Shown: positions 1 to 9,164 of the stretch, piece after piece
Layout: each line of letters opens with the position of its first letter
Position numbering within the stretch: position 1 is the stretch's first letter
Assembly: GCF_008065095.1 (NCBI RefSeq)
Contig: NZ_CP042911.1
Location: 8,340,001-8,372,000, forward strand
Source: Gemmata obscuriglobus
GTDB taxonomy: Bacteria; Planctomycetota; Planctomycetia; Gemmatales; Gemmataceae
Length of the DNA: 32,000 nt
Reading direction: 5' to 3'
Program-made: the position numbers and the translations under genes
The notes under the pieces: model-generated
The model's input: the letters and a program-made list of their open reading frames with translations, nothing else
The model's database searches: none
What the model was told of the DNA's origin: nothing

Positions 1-609
1 CGATTTGCGGCGCTCGCCCGGTCACGCAACATGTGGCTCTTCGGGGCGATGCAGTTCGGCATGAACCTCGGGTGGGCGTTCCTGGTCACCCTGCTCCCCA
101 AGTACCTCGAGAAGGTACACGACACGCCCCTCGACCAGGCCGGGCGGATGCAAACCGTGGCCCTCGGCATCGGGTGCCTCGGGATGATCTTCGGCGGCGT
201 GTTCACCGATTTCACGCGCCGCTGGCTCGGGCCGAAGGCCGGCCGTGCGGTGCCCATCGGCGCCGCGCTCAGCGGGTGCGCGGTCGCGTTCCTGCTGATC
301 CCTCATTTGCCGGACGCCTGGACCGTGGTGATCGCGCTGGGGGTAATGGCGTTCCTGGTGGACATGCACAACCCGACGATCTGGTCGTTCGCTCAGGACG
401 TGGGCGGGAAGAACGTGGGCGCCGCGCTCGGGTGGGGCAACATGTGGGGCAACCTCGGGGCCGCGTTTTCGGCCCGGGTGCTCGTCGAGCTACAGCACGC
501 AACGAGCTGGAACACGGCGTTCACGTGTCTCGCCGGTGCGTTTGCCGCGTCCGCGGTGTGCGGGTTCCTGCTCGACGCCACCAAACCCGTGGAAGAACCC
601 GCGGCGTAG
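1..609 (+). CDS. MFS transporter, C-terminal part (5' end lies upstream of the window)
   Basis: Frame 1 is open from base 1 through the listed ATG at 31 to TAG 607-609. The product is a series of hydrophobic helices (GWAFLVTLLPKYL, ALGIGCLGMIFGGVFTDF, GAALGWGNMWGNLGAAF), typical of the C-terminal half of major-facilitator permeases. Confidence 0.7.
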   Translation, partial: RFAALARSRNMWLFGAMQFGMNLGWAFLVTLLPKYLEKVHDTPLDQAGRMQTVALGIGCLGMIFGGVFTDFTRRWLGPKAGRAVPIGAALSGCAVAFLLIPHLPDAWTVVIALGVMAFLVDMHNPTIWSFAQDVGGKNVGAALGWGNMWGNLGAAFSARVLVELQHATSWNTAFTCLAGAFAASAVCGFLLDATKPVEEPAA

Positions 610-612
610 CGG

Positions 613-1941
613 TCATTTCACCAGGAACTTGCCCGCCGCCACGAGTGCGACGAGCGAGAACAGCACCGCCCCTACCGCGACCCACACCGGTACGGTGAAG
701 GGCGGCCGCAGGCGCGGCACCCGGTACGGTGACAGGATCCGGGTGTCGGACACATCAGACGCGGTCGCGTCGGCGGCGGTCGGCTCGGTGAGCTGCGCCC
801 ACGGCGATTGCTCCGGCACGACTTCCGGTAGCACGAACACGTCCGACGATAGCTCCCCGGAGTCGGGTGCGAGCGGTTGGCGCCCGGTCAGGTAGCCGCT
901 GCCGGGTGCGTACGCCGCTTCCGGTGGTAGGTCGAAGCTCACACCGTCCACCGGGAGCGCCGCCGGCACGCAGGCGGCGTCGAGGTGGGCCAGCAGCTCC
1001 GCCGCGGACGCAAAACGGGCCGACGGGTGCGGTGCCATCAGCCGGTGAACGACCGCGGCCACCGCCGGCGGCACGTCGGGCCGCAAGGCGGCAACTGGTG
1101 CCGGTTGCCGACTCGACGCGTTGGCGGCACCGGTGGACGGGGCGTGCCCCGTCAGCAGGAAGTAGAACACGCCCCCGAGCGCGTACAGGTCGGAACCCGG
1201 ATCGGCCGCGTGCGGCGCGGTTAAGCTTTCGGGCGCGCGGTAAGCGGACGGGCCGGTTCCCATCGGCGGGAGCCCGAAGCCCGTGATCTTGACCGTCGGC
1301 GGGCCGAGCGCCGTGGGGCGGGAGATCAGCACGTTGTCGGGGGCCAAGTGCCCGTGCGCGGCCCCGCGCTCGTGAGCGTGCCGCAGCCCGTGGGCGATTT
1401 GGCGCACGAGTTCGCACGCCTCGTCTACCGGACGCGGCCCGCGCTGGGCGACCAGCACCTCCAGGTTCGGGCCGTCCACGAATTCCAGAACGAGGTAAAA
1501 CCGGTCGGCCAGCACGTTCGCATCGAGTGCGGTGACGACGTTGGGGTGCGACAGCCGGCCCGCGGCCCGCGCCTGCGCCTGGAACCGCTGCCGGTCCGCC
1601 GCGGTGCGGGTCAGCTCGGCCGACAGAATTTTGATCGCGACCGCCCGGTTCATGGTGCGGTGCCGGGCCTTGTACACCCGGCTCATCGACCCGCGGCCGA
1701 CCGGCTCGAGGATCACGTAGGGGCCGAACACGAACCCGTCGGCGCGGCCCGCGAGCAGGCGGTCGGCCTGGAACCGCGTGAGCAGCCCCGCGGCGACCAG
1801 ACCGGCGGCGAACTCCGCCGCCGTCCGGCCCGGGGCCATCGCGGCACGCGTGAGCTGGTTGGGGGCGAGCACGCCGGCCGCGCAAACCGCGTCGAAATAT
1901 GCGATACGGTCGACGAGCGTGCGGGCGGTCGGGGTGGGCAT
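613..1941 (-). CDS. Hanks-type Ser/Thr protein kinase homologue with a C-terminal TM anchor; predicted catalytically dead (pseudokinase)
   Basis: Track ORF 613..2034. I prefer the ATG at 1941 (GGAG about 9 nt upstream); the 2034 start is the alternative. The kinase fold is recognisable: GRGSMSRVY (Gly loop), VAIKIL (VAIK Lys), LSHPNVV, YRAPES (APE), DLYALGGVFYFLLTG. The catalytic motifs are replaced (see finding). The C-terminus VWVAVGAVLFSLVALVAAGKFLVK is a tail anchor. Confidence 0.85.
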   Translation of the reverse strand: MPTPTARTLVDRIAYFDAVCAAGVLAPNQLTRAAMAPGRTAAEFAAGLVAAGLLTRFQADRLLAGRADGFVFGPYVILEPVGRGSMSRVYKARHRTMNRAVAIKILSAELTRTAADRQRFQAQARAAGRLSHPNVVTALDANVLADRFYLVLEFVDGPNLEVLVAQRGPRPVDEACELVRQIAHGLRHAHERGAAHGHLAPDNVLISRPTALGPPTVKITGFGLPPMGTGPSAYRAPESLTAPHAADPGSDLYALGGVFYFLLTGHAPSTGAANASSRQPAPVAALRPDVPPAVAAVVHRLMAPHPSARFASAAELLAHLDAACVPAALPVDGVSFDLPPEAAYAPGSGYLTGRQPLAPDSGELSSDVFVLPEVVPEQSPWAQLTEPTAADATASDVSDTRILSPYRVPRLRPPFTVPVWVAVGAVLFSLVALVAAGKFLVK

Positions 1942-2355
1942 TGAGCGCTCCGCGCCGGCGGCGGGGTCCTGTCGGTTCGGCGGCCGGCGACGTCGTGTCG
2001 GCCGGAACGGGTGCGGTCGGGCCGCGGGCACCACTCCGAATGTAGGAGACGATTCCGGCCCGAGCCGTTACTTCTGTGCGGAACTCGCGTGACCGTTCGA
2101 TTCTCACGGCGCCAGCAAACTCAAGACGGCCGAGCCCGCGGGGGCGCTGTAACTGCGCCGTAACGAAGAGTTCGCGCGAGGCGCGAAGTGGCGATTCTGG
2201 GGGCGTTTGGAGCTTCGCGCTTTTTCCTCTCGCTCTGCGGCCACCGGCGGTTTACACTAAACCATCTCACCAACCGAAGGCGCTGCCTTTCCACGCGACC
2301 CCACCTGACACCGGGCGCCCTGCCCCGGCTCGCACTCCCAGCGAGGAACACGCCG

Positions 2356-4884
2356 ATGCGACCCTCCGTCACGCGAACGTACCTCTCCGTATCCGCTTGC
2401 GCACGCGGAATCGTTACCGCCCTCCTCGCGCTCGCGCCCGGTGCGGCCGTCGCCGCACCGCCCACCGACCCCGGCGAGCGCAAAGCGACCATCGGCCGGC
2501 CCGACGGTGTCACGGTTTCACCCGGGAGCGTTTCGCTCCGCGGGGTGCGTGACGCGCGGCAGCTTGTCGTCAGCGGGAAGTACGCCGACGGGTCCGCACG
2601 CGACCTCACTGCGCTTGCCGAGGTGGCCGTGGAACCCGCGGGGGTCGTCGACCTTCAGGAGGGCGCCTACCTGCGCCCGATCAAGAACGGCACCGCGACG
2701 GTGATCGTGAGCGCCAACGGCACGGTCGTTCGCGTGCCCGTCACGGTCGAGGGGATGGACCGTCCCGCCCCGGTGAGCTTCCGGCGCGACGTGATCGCCG
2801 CGATGAACGTCGGCGGGTGCAACATGGGCGCGTGCCACGGCACCCCGAGCGGCAAGAACGGGTTCAAGCTGTCGCTCCGCGGGTTCGACCCGGCCGCGGA
2901 CTACCTGCAGCTCACGCGCGACCAGTTCGGCCGCCGCACCGGCAAGCACAGCCCCGAGCAGAGCCTGCTGCTGCTGAAGGGCGTCGGCGCGGTGCCGCAC
3001 GAGGGCGGCCAGCGGTTCGGCCTCACCAGCGTGCCCGGCGAGGTGGTGAGCGCGTGGCTCGCCGAAGGGCTGAAGGACGACGCCCCCGCCCTGCCGCCGG
3101 TCAAGAAGGTCGAAGTCACGCCGCCGGCGCGGCTCCTGAAGGCCCCGGGCAAGTGGCAGCAACTGGGCGTGGCCGTCACGTTCGTCGACGGCTCCACGCG
3201 CGACGTGACCCGGCTCACCAACTTCAGCAGCAGCGACCCCTCCATCGCCGACGTCACCCCGACCGGGCTCGTGGAGTTCAAGCGGTCCGGCGAAGTGGCG
3301 ATCCTGGCCCGGTACCTCGAAGAACTGGTCGCGGTGCGGATCACGTATCTCGAGCCGCGCGAGGGGTTCGTGTGGCCGAACCCGCCCGAAACGAACTTCG
3401 TGGACACCCACACGTTCGCCAAGCTCAAGCAGATGAGCATCGCCCCGTCGGACCTGGCCGAGGACCACGAGTTCGTCCGCCGCGCGTACCTCGACTGCAT
3501 CGGCCGCATGCCGACCGCGGACGAGGCGAAGGGGTTCCTGGCCGACACCAGCGCCAAGAAGCGCGAGCACCTGATCGACGCCCTCGTGGACACGGACGAG
3601 TTCGCGGACTTCTGGGCGCTCAAGTGGGCCGACGTGCTGCGGTCCAGCCGCAAGACGATCCAGGTGAAGGGCAGTTACGGGTTCCAGGCGTGGCTCCGCG
3701 GGCACTTCCAGAAGAACACCCCGCTCGACAAGATCGTGCAGGAGATCATCACCGCGAACGGGAACTCCTACGAGAACCCGCCCGCGAACTACTACCGCAT
3801 CGCCAAGGACCCCACCGCGCTGGCCGAGACCACCGCGCAACTGTTCCTCGGGGTGCGGATGCAGTGCGCGAAGTGCCACAACCACCCGTTCGAGCGGTGG
3901 AGCCAGGACGACTACTACGGCATGGCCGCGTGGTTCGCCCGGGTGAGGACCAAGCCGGAGCCGGTGGTCGGCACCCGCCCGCCGGGCGGGGCGCCCGGCG
4001 CCGAGGTGGTGTTCAGTGCCCGCGACGGCGAGGTCAGCCAGCCGCGGTCGGGACGGGCGATGAAGCCCCGGTACATCGGCACCGGCGAAGCCGAGGTGAA
4101 GGCCGGCGAGGATCGCCGGGCCGTGCTGGCGCAGTGGCTCACCTCGGCCGACAACGCCTTCTTCTCGAAGTCGGTGGTGAACCGCGTGTGGTTCCACCTG
4201 ATGGGCAAGGGGATCGTGGACCCCGTGGACGACTTCCGCGAGTCGAACCCGTCGTGCAACGACGAACTGCTCGACGCGCTCGCGAAGGACTTCGCCAAAA
4301 ACAAGTTCGACATGAAGCGGCTGGTGAAGACCGTCATGAAGTCGCGGACGTACCAGCTCTCGGCGCAGCCGAACGACTCGAACCGCGACGACGGCAAGTA
4401 CTTCTCGCACGCGGTCACGAAGCTGCTGACGGCGGAGCAACTGCTCGACGCGATCTGTGACTTCACCGGGGTGCCCGAGAAGTTCGCGGGGCTGCCGGCC
4501 GGGACGCGGGCGGTGCAACTGCCCGACGGCGAGGTGAACCACCCGTTCCTGAAGGCGTTCGGCCAGCCGGCCCGCGAGTTGGCGTGCGAGTGCGAGCGCG
4601 AGAGCGACGGGAACCTGGCCCAGGCGCTCCAACTCATCAACGGCCCGACGGTGAACGAGAAGGTCCGCAACCCGGGCAACCGCCTCGGCAAGCTGCTGGC
4701 CGAGAAGAAGTCGGACGGTGAGATCCTGACGAGCCTTTACTTCGCGGCCCTGGGCCGGGCGCCGTTCGACGACGAGCGGAAGATCGCGCTGGAGCACGTG
4801 GCCAAGCGCGAGGACAAACGCAAGGCGTGGGAAGACCTCGTGTGGGCCCTCATCAACACCCGCGAGTTCCTGTTCCGCCACTAA
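2356..4884 (+). CDS. DUF1549/DUF1553 (PSCyt/PSD) domain protein with N-terminal Ig-like (Big_2-type) domains and a signal peptide
   Basis: Track ORF 2188..4884. The ATG at 2356 has GAGGAA 8 nt upstream and starts a signal peptide (MRPSVTRTYLSVSACARGIVTALLALAPGAAVAAP). Family motifs present: GGCNMGACHG, MQCAKCHNHPFERWSQDDYY, and the C-terminal ALINTREFLFRH typical of planctomycete DUF1553 proteins. Confidence 0.9.
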   Translation: MRPSVTRTYLSVSACARGIVTALLALAPGAAVAAPPTDPGERKATIGRPDGVTVSPGSVSLRGVRDARQLVVSGKYADGSARDLTALAEVAVEPAGVVDLQEGAYLRPIKNGTATVIVSANGTVVRVPVTVEGMDRPAPVSFRRDVIAAMNVGGCNMGACHGTPSGKNGFKLSLRGFDPAADYLQLTRDQFGRRTGKHSPEQSLLLLKGVGAVPHEGGQRFGLTSVPGEVVSAWLAEGLKDDAPALPPVKKVEVTPPARLLKAPGKWQQLGVAVTFVDGSTRDVTRLTNFSSSDPSIADVTPTGLVEFKRSGEVAILARYLEELVAVRITYLEPREGFVWPNPPETNFVDTHTFAKLKQMSIAPSDLAEDHEFVRRAYLDCIGRMPTADEAKGFLADTSAKKREHLIDALVDTDEFADFWALKWADVLRSSRKTIQVKGSYGFQAWLRGHFQKNTPLDKIVQEIITANGNSYENPPANYYRIAKDPTALAETTAQLFLGVRMQCAKCHNHPFERWSQDDYYGMAAWFARVRTKPEPVVGTRPPGGAPGAEVVFSARDGEVSQPRSGRAMKPRYIGTGEAEVKAGEDRRAVLAQWLTSADNAFFSKSVVNRVWFHLMGKGIVDPVDDFRESNPSCNDELLDALAKDFAKNKFDMKRLVKTVMKSRTYQLSAQPNDSNRDDGKYFSHAVTKLLTAEQLLDAICDFTGVPEKFAGLPAGTRAVQLPDGEVNHPFLKAFGQPARELACECERESDGNLAQALQLINGPTVNEKVRNPGNRLGKLLAEKKSDGEILTSLYFAALGRAPFDDERKIALEHVAKREDKRKAWEDLVWALINTREFLFRH

Positions 4885-4951
4885 CCGCCCGATCGCACGT
4901 GTTTCCGGCGCGAGCAGTTTCGCAACCGCTCATCAGGAACGCCAGTTTCCC

Positions 4952-4981
4952 CCCACCGGCCGACGCCCGTCGGCCGGTGGG
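4952..4981 (+). terminator. Putative intrinsic terminator hairpin between convergent genes
   Basis: CCACCGGCCGAC-GCCC-GTCGGCCGGTGG is a perfect 12 bp stem (13 bp with the flanking C/G pair) with a 4 nt loop. It lies about 70 nt after the 4884 stop. There is no U-tract, which is common in high-GC genomes. Confidence 0.45.
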
Positions 4982-5185
4982 TCATACGCCCAATCACCGG
5001 CACCATCCCATCGGACGTTCGAGAAACAGCTCGGGGTTGATCGCCTCCGATCCCGTCTGACACGTGAACCTGCGGTGGCGTCGCTTTTGTTGGCGAGCCG
5101 CCCGACAGTGGGGTACGTGGCACCGCCCCCGCAAAACCGGATTCGGACTTCCGGAAGACCGGGCGCGTATTGGACGACTGAACGT

Positions 5186-6418
5186 TCACTTCTTCAGGCT
5201 CACGCACACGAGTTGTTTGCTGTCGCGGGCGTAGAGCCGGCCGTTCGCCAGCGCCGGAGCCGGGCGGGTTCCCTTCGCGAGCAGCGTGGCGCGGGCGCGC
5301 TCCTTGTAGCCGTCAGGCGAGGCGTCGAACCGGACCAGTTCGCCGCCCTCGTTCAGGGCGAGCAGCCCGCCGTCCACGGCGATCAGCGACGCGCCGCCGA
5401 ACTTCGGCTCGCTCCACTTCACCTCGCCGGTCTTCCACGCGACGCAGCGCAAGAGCGCCGCGCCTGCGTCCGAGCGGCCGTGCGTACCGTACAAGTAGTC
5501 ACCGACGCGGACCGGCGTGTTGTACTGGCTCGACAGCGTCTTATCGTTCGACCAGACCTCCTCCACCTGGCCGCCCTTGAGCCGGGCCAGCAGGCCGCCC
5601 GTGTCATAGGACGCGGTGAGGAACACCTCGTCCTTCCACACCACCGGGCTGGCGGCCTGCACGCTGTTGGTGTCGCGGGGGCGCCACGGGAAGTCGTACA
5701 CCGATTTGCCGGTCGCGGGGGCGAGCACCCGCAGCCCGGCGCGGGTCAGGAACACCACCGCGGGCTTGCCGTCGAACTCGCCGAGCACCGGGGACGAGTA
5801 GCTCGCGCCGTCGCCGGTGGACTTCCACACCTCCTTGCCGGTCGCGGCGTCGAAGCACACCACGCCCGCGCCCTTCGCGCCGACGTTCACGTACAGCTTC
5901 TTGTCGTGCAAGAGGGGCGAGCACGCGACCCCGAAGAACCCCTTCGGGGGCCGGTAGTCCGCCATCAGGTTGCGCGCCCAGAGCGTCTTACCGGTGGCGA
6001 GTTCGGTCGCCGTGAAGTCGGCGTCGGCCCCGAGCGTGTACACCACCCCGTCGGCGATCGTGGGCGTGGCCCGCGGGCCGTCGTCGAAGCCGAAGTCGTC
6101 CTTGTACTTCGTCGGGTACTTGGCGGCCCACTTCTCTTTGCCGGTCGCGGCGTCGAGGCACGCGACGACCTCGTCGTCGCCCACGCGGTGGAACAGGATC
6201 AGGCGGTCGCCGCTGACCGCGGGGCCGGCCCAGCCGTGACCGGCGTCGAGCTTCCACACCAACTCCGGCCCGCCCGGCGCCCAGTCCCAGTTGAGCCCGG
6301 TTTCCGAGGAACGGCCGTCGCGCGCCGGGCCGTGCAGTTGCGGCCAGTCCGCGCCCCGGACGGCCGCCGCGAGCGCGAGCACGAGTGCGAACGAGGGGCA
6401 CCAGATCGAGCGAAACAT
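5186..6418 (-). CDS. PQQ-like (BamB-type) beta-propeller repeat protein, secreted
   Basis: This is the lower part of track ORF 5186..7543. The ATG at 6418 starts a signal peptide (MFRSIWCPSFALVLALAAAVRGADWPQ). Repeated motifs of the type ...DAATGKEKW, ...ELATGKTLW, ...DAATGKEVW, ...APATGKSVY, ...AWKTGEVKW are typical of PQQ-like propeller blades. The ORF portion above 6418 is antisense to the GNAT gene and was rejected. Confidence 0.85.
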   Translation of the reverse strand: MFRSIWCPSFALVLALAAAVRGADWPQLHGPARDGRSSETGLNWDWAPGGPELVWKLDAGHGWAGPAVSGDRLILFHRVGDDEVVACLDAATGKEKWAAKYPTKYKDDFGFDDGPRATPTIADGVVYTLGADADFTATELATGKTLWARNLMADYRPPKGFFGVACSPLLHDKKLYVNVGAKGAGVVCFDAATGKEVWKSTGDGASYSSPVLGEFDGKPAVVFLTRAGLRVLAPATGKSVYDFPWRPRDTNSVQAASPVVWKDEVFLTASYDTGGLLARLKGGQVEEVWSNDKTLSSQYNTPVRVGDYLYGTHGRSDAGAALLRCVAWKTGEVKWSEPKFGGASLIAVDGGLLALNEGGELVRFDASPDGYKERARATLLAKGTRPAPALANGRLYARDSKQLVCVSLKK

Positions 6419-6553
6419 GGGGCGCTCCGTTGGCTTCGGGAGGTGCGGCGAAAGGCCCGGCGGCTGGCTTGCGGGGGCGCGACTCCCCCTATAGTATGCC
6501 GTAATCTGTTTACCGCCGCCGTTCCTCCCCCTGGCGGCCCGCGAGAGTCGTCT

Positions 6554-7519
6554 GTGATCGTCTTCCGCCGCTTTCGCAACACCGACCCGCCGGCCCTCGC
6601 CGACGTGTGGAACGAGTCGCACACGGCCCGCGGCAGCTTCCCGCTGCGCACGCCCGCGCTGCTCGAGCGGTGGATCTTCTCCAAGCCCCACTTCGACCAC
6701 GACGGCCTGATCGTGGCCGTCGACGACGAGGCCGACAACAAGATCGTCGGGTACGCCCTGGCGGGGTTCGGCCCGAACGAGGCCCTCACCGCCCTGGACC
6801 GCACGCACGGCGTCATCTGCTCGGTCGCGGTCCGGCCCTCGGTGATGCGCAAGGGCGTCGGGGCGGCGCTGGTCAAGCGGTGCGAGGAGTACCTCACGGC
6901 GCGCGGCGCGACGACGCTCCGCGCCGGGCCGGTGTGGCCGCACTGCCCGTTCGGGTTCGGGCTGTACGGCGGGACCAACTGCCCCGGGTTCCTCGCCTCC
7001 GACCCCGCCGCCGACCCGTTCTTCAAGAAGATGGGCTACGAGCCCGGCGAACAAACCCTGGTGTTCCAGAAGAAGCTGGACGCGCCGCTGTCGATCCCGG
7101 ACGCGCGGTTCAGCATGTTGCGGAAGCGGTACGAGACGCAGGTGATGCGGGCGGCCGGTGTGCCGAGCTGGTGGCACGAGTGCGTGTGGGGCACGCTGGA
7201 CCCGGTCGAGTTCCGGATGGTGGACAAGCTGGCGAGCGGGTTCATTGCGGCCCGGGCGCTGGTGTGGGAGCTGGAGGGGTACGGCTGGCGCTGGGGGTTC
7301 CCGTCGGCCGGCGTGCTCGACATCCAGGTGCGCTCGGATCTGCGGCGGCTCGGGCTGGCAAAGCTCCTGCTGTCGCAGATCCTTCGCTTTCTCCAGGACC
7401 AGTTCTTCGGCATCTGCGAGGTCCAAGCGCCGGCCGCCGACCCGGCGCTCGTCGGGCTGTGCCGCTCGGTCACGCTCGATCACGTGGACACCGGAACCAC
7501 ATACCTCAAAAAGGTGTGA
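6554..7519 (+). CDS. GNAT-family N-acetyltransferase, apparently two GNAT-like halves
   Basis: This is the 3' part of track ORF 5075..7519. GTG at 6554 (GAGAG upstream) starts VIVFRRFRNTDPPALADVWNES. The N-half acetyl-CoA motif is VAVRPSVMRKGVGAALV. The C-half has IQVRSDLRRLGLAKLLL. The portion upstream of 6554 is antisense to the propeller gene. Confidence 0.8.
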   Translation: MIVFRRFRNTDPPALADVWNESHTARGSFPLRTPALLERWIFSKPHFDHDGLIVAVDDEADNKIVGYALAGFGPNEALTALDRTHGVICSVAVRPSVMRKGVGAALVKRCEEYLTARGATTLRAGPVWPHCPFGFGLYGGTNCPGFLASDPAADPFFKKMGYEPGEQTLVFQKKLDAPLSIPDARFSMLRKRYETQVMRAAGVPSWWHECVWGTLDPVEFRMVDKLASGFIAARALVWELEGYGWRWGFPSAGVLDIQVRSDLRRLGLAKLLLSQILRFLQDQFFGICEVQAPAADPALVGLCRSVTLDHVDTGTTYLKKV

Positions 7520-7545
7520 GCCGGAAAGGCCCGAGAGGGACACCG

Positions 7546-8175
7546 ATGAAGCTCCTTCCCGCTTTGCTCCTCGCTTTCGTTACCGGTCTGCTGGCGCCGG
7601 CGCCGGCCGGCGCCGGCAAGTTCAACAAGAAGCTCAACATCGGCGACGCCGCGCCGACCTGGAAGGACCTCGAAGGGACCGACGGCAAGAAGCACTCCTT
7701 CGCCGACTGGAAGGACAAGGACGTGCTGGTGGTGGTGTTCACCTGCAACAGTTGCATCATCGCGGAGGGCTACGAGGACCGGCTCGTGGAGTTCGCGGCC
7801 CGGTGCAACAAGCCCGACAGCAAGGTCGGGTTCGTCGCGATCAACGTGAACACGGGTAAGGTCGATGCGCTGCCCGCGATGAAGGAACGCGCGACCAAGA
7901 AGAAGTTCGGGTTCACCTACCTCTACGACCCGTCGCAGGCGTCCGCGCAGGCCTACGGCGCGATGTACACGCCCGAGTGCTTCGTTCTGACGAAGGACCG
8001 TAAGGTAGCGTACATGGGCGCGTTCGACGACAACTCCGGCGCCTCGCCCAAGGTGAAGTACGTCGAGGAGGCGGTGAAGCAGGTGCTCGCGGGCAAGCCC
8101 GCGGCGGTCGCGGAGTCGAGCGCCGCCGGCGGGTGCCGGATCGTGTTCAACAAGAAGAAGGACGACGACGACTGA
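7546..8175 (+). CDS. Secreted thioredoxin-fold (redoxin/TlpA-like) protein
   Basis: This is the 3' part of track ORF 6607..8175. The ATG at 7546 has GAGAGGGA upstream. Signal peptide MKLLPALLLAFVTGLLAPAPAGA is present. The CxxC motif sits in DVLVVVFTCNSCIIAEGY. YTPECFVL and RKVAYMGAFDD are typical of the fold. Confidence 0.8.
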   Translation: MKLLPALLLAFVTGLLAPAPAGAGKFNKKLNIGDAAPTWKDLEGTDGKKHSFADWKDKDVLVVVFTCNSCIIAEGYEDRLVEFAARCNKPDSKVGFVAINVNTGKVDALPAMKERATKKKFGFTYLYDPSQASAQAYGAMYTPECFVLTKDRKVAYMGAFDDNSGASPKVKYVEEAVKQVLAGKPAAVAESSAAGGCRIVFNKKKDDDD

Positions 8176-8209
8176 ACCGGGCACGCCGTGCGACAAATTG
8201 TCCGCATCT

Positions 8210-8563
8210 TCAGCCGCCCCCCGGCCCCTGCGGGCCGGGCTCACTCAAGGCCGGGCTTTCGCTCAGCGTCACGTCCTGAAAGCGCACACCGGACGAATCG
8301 TAAAAGATGATGCGCGCGTCGTCGGCGGACCAAACGGCGCTGGTGCGCAAGAGACGGGGGCCTTCGACGTGGAACACCAACCCGCACACCCGGGCGCCGC
8401 GATTGAGGGGGGTGCGCACCAGCGGCGACTGGTTGGGGTCCAGCGCGTCCCTGTCACAGAGTACCGTGTGAACGTACCGGGCCAGCTCTTCCGCGCCCGA
8501 AAATGCAACAACCGCACGAGACATCAACACCTCGAACCGTTCGCCCCCCGACTCGACGAACAT
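8210..8563 (-). CDS. Hypothetical protein (about 104-117 aa)
   Basis: Third-codon positions are strongly G/C-biased, like the confirmed genes, and the amino-acid composition is not Arg/Pro-skewed. I recognise no family. An alternative start at Met14 (8524) is possible. Confidence 0.5.
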   Translation of the reverse strand: MFVESGGERFEVLMSRAVVAFSGAEELARYVHTVLCDRDALDPNQSPLVRTPLNRGARVCGLVFHVEGPRLLRTSAVWSADDARIIFYDSSGVRFQDVTLSESPALSEPGPQGPGGG

Positions 8564-8642
8564 TTATCCAACCGCGCTGCGGCCCGCGTGTCGCGGTCGG
8601 TTGCCGCGAAGCGGAGCGCAACTCGGCGAGCCGGGGCTGATT

Positions 8643-9164
8643 TTACCACCCGTGCAGGCGACGCAGCGCGTCGTACAGCACAATCCCGACGGCCGTCGCG
8701 AGGTTGAGGCTGCGCACCGCACCGCCCGGCATCGGGATGCCCACCAGCCGGTCCGCATAGCGTTCCCGCACCGACGGGGGAAGGCCGCTCGACTCGCTCC
8801 CGAACAGCAGGCAGTCGCCGTCGGCGAATTCGGCTCGCGTGTACGGCCGCTCGGCCGGCGTCTCCACGCACCACACGCGCGGAAGGGGGTGCTCGATTCT
8901 ATCCGCATCGGTGGTGGTGCCGGAGGGGGAGTCGCGTTTCACCTCCCCGGTCAGGGCCCGCTCGAAGTCCGCAAACGTCACGTGCCGCACCACATCGACC
9001 GCGTGCCAGTAATCGAGCCCGGCGCGTTTCAGGGCACGGTCGTCGAGGCGAAAGCCGAGTTTGCCGATTAGGTGCAGCCGCGTGTTGGTCGCCGCGCACA
9101 GGCGCGCGATGTTCCCGGTGTTAGGAGGAATCTCCGGCTCCCACAGCGCGACGTGCAGCATCAA
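8643..9164 (-). CDS. trmL: tRNA (cytidine/uridine-2'-O)-methyltransferase TrmL (SpoU/TrmH family)
   Basis: MLHVALWEPEIPPNTGNIARLCAATN, RAGLDYWH, LLFGSESSGLP and RSLNLATAVGIVLYDALR align with the canonical TrmL motifs. It carries an insertion of about 20 aa (GEVKRDSPSGTTTDADRIEHPLP) relative to E. coli TrmL as I recall it. Confidence 0.85.
   Translation of the reverse strand: MMLHVALWEPEIPPNTGNIARLCAATNTRLHLIGKLGFRLDDRALKRAGLDYWHAVDVVRHVTFADFERALTGEVKRDSPSGTTTDADRIEHPLPRVWCVETPAERPYTRAEFADGDCLLFGSESSGLPPSVRERYADRLVGIPMPGGAVRSLNLATAVGIVLYDALRRLHGW

Noticed and set aside
2518-4881. 787 aa minus-strand ORF covering the whole DUF1549/DUF1553 gene. The same applies to 16447..18879 (+), 21877..23421 (+), 12761..14041 (+), 9862..11418 (-), 27007..28443 (-), 27551..29110 (-) and 29269..31725 (-).
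   Set aside because: They are antisense to genes with clear family motifs. Their products are Arg/Pro/Gly/Ala-rich low-complexity strings with no recognisable domains. This is the usual stop-codon-poor artefact of high-GC DNA.
6419-7543. Upstream extension of the propeller ORF (5186..7543), and similarly 5075..6553 of the GNAT ORF, 6607..7545 of the thioredoxin ORF and 2188..2355 of the DUF1553 ORF.
   Set aside because: The extensions overlap real genes on the other strand or frame and lack protein-like composition. Internal starts with SD-like sequences and signal peptides or family N-termini give sensible proteins.
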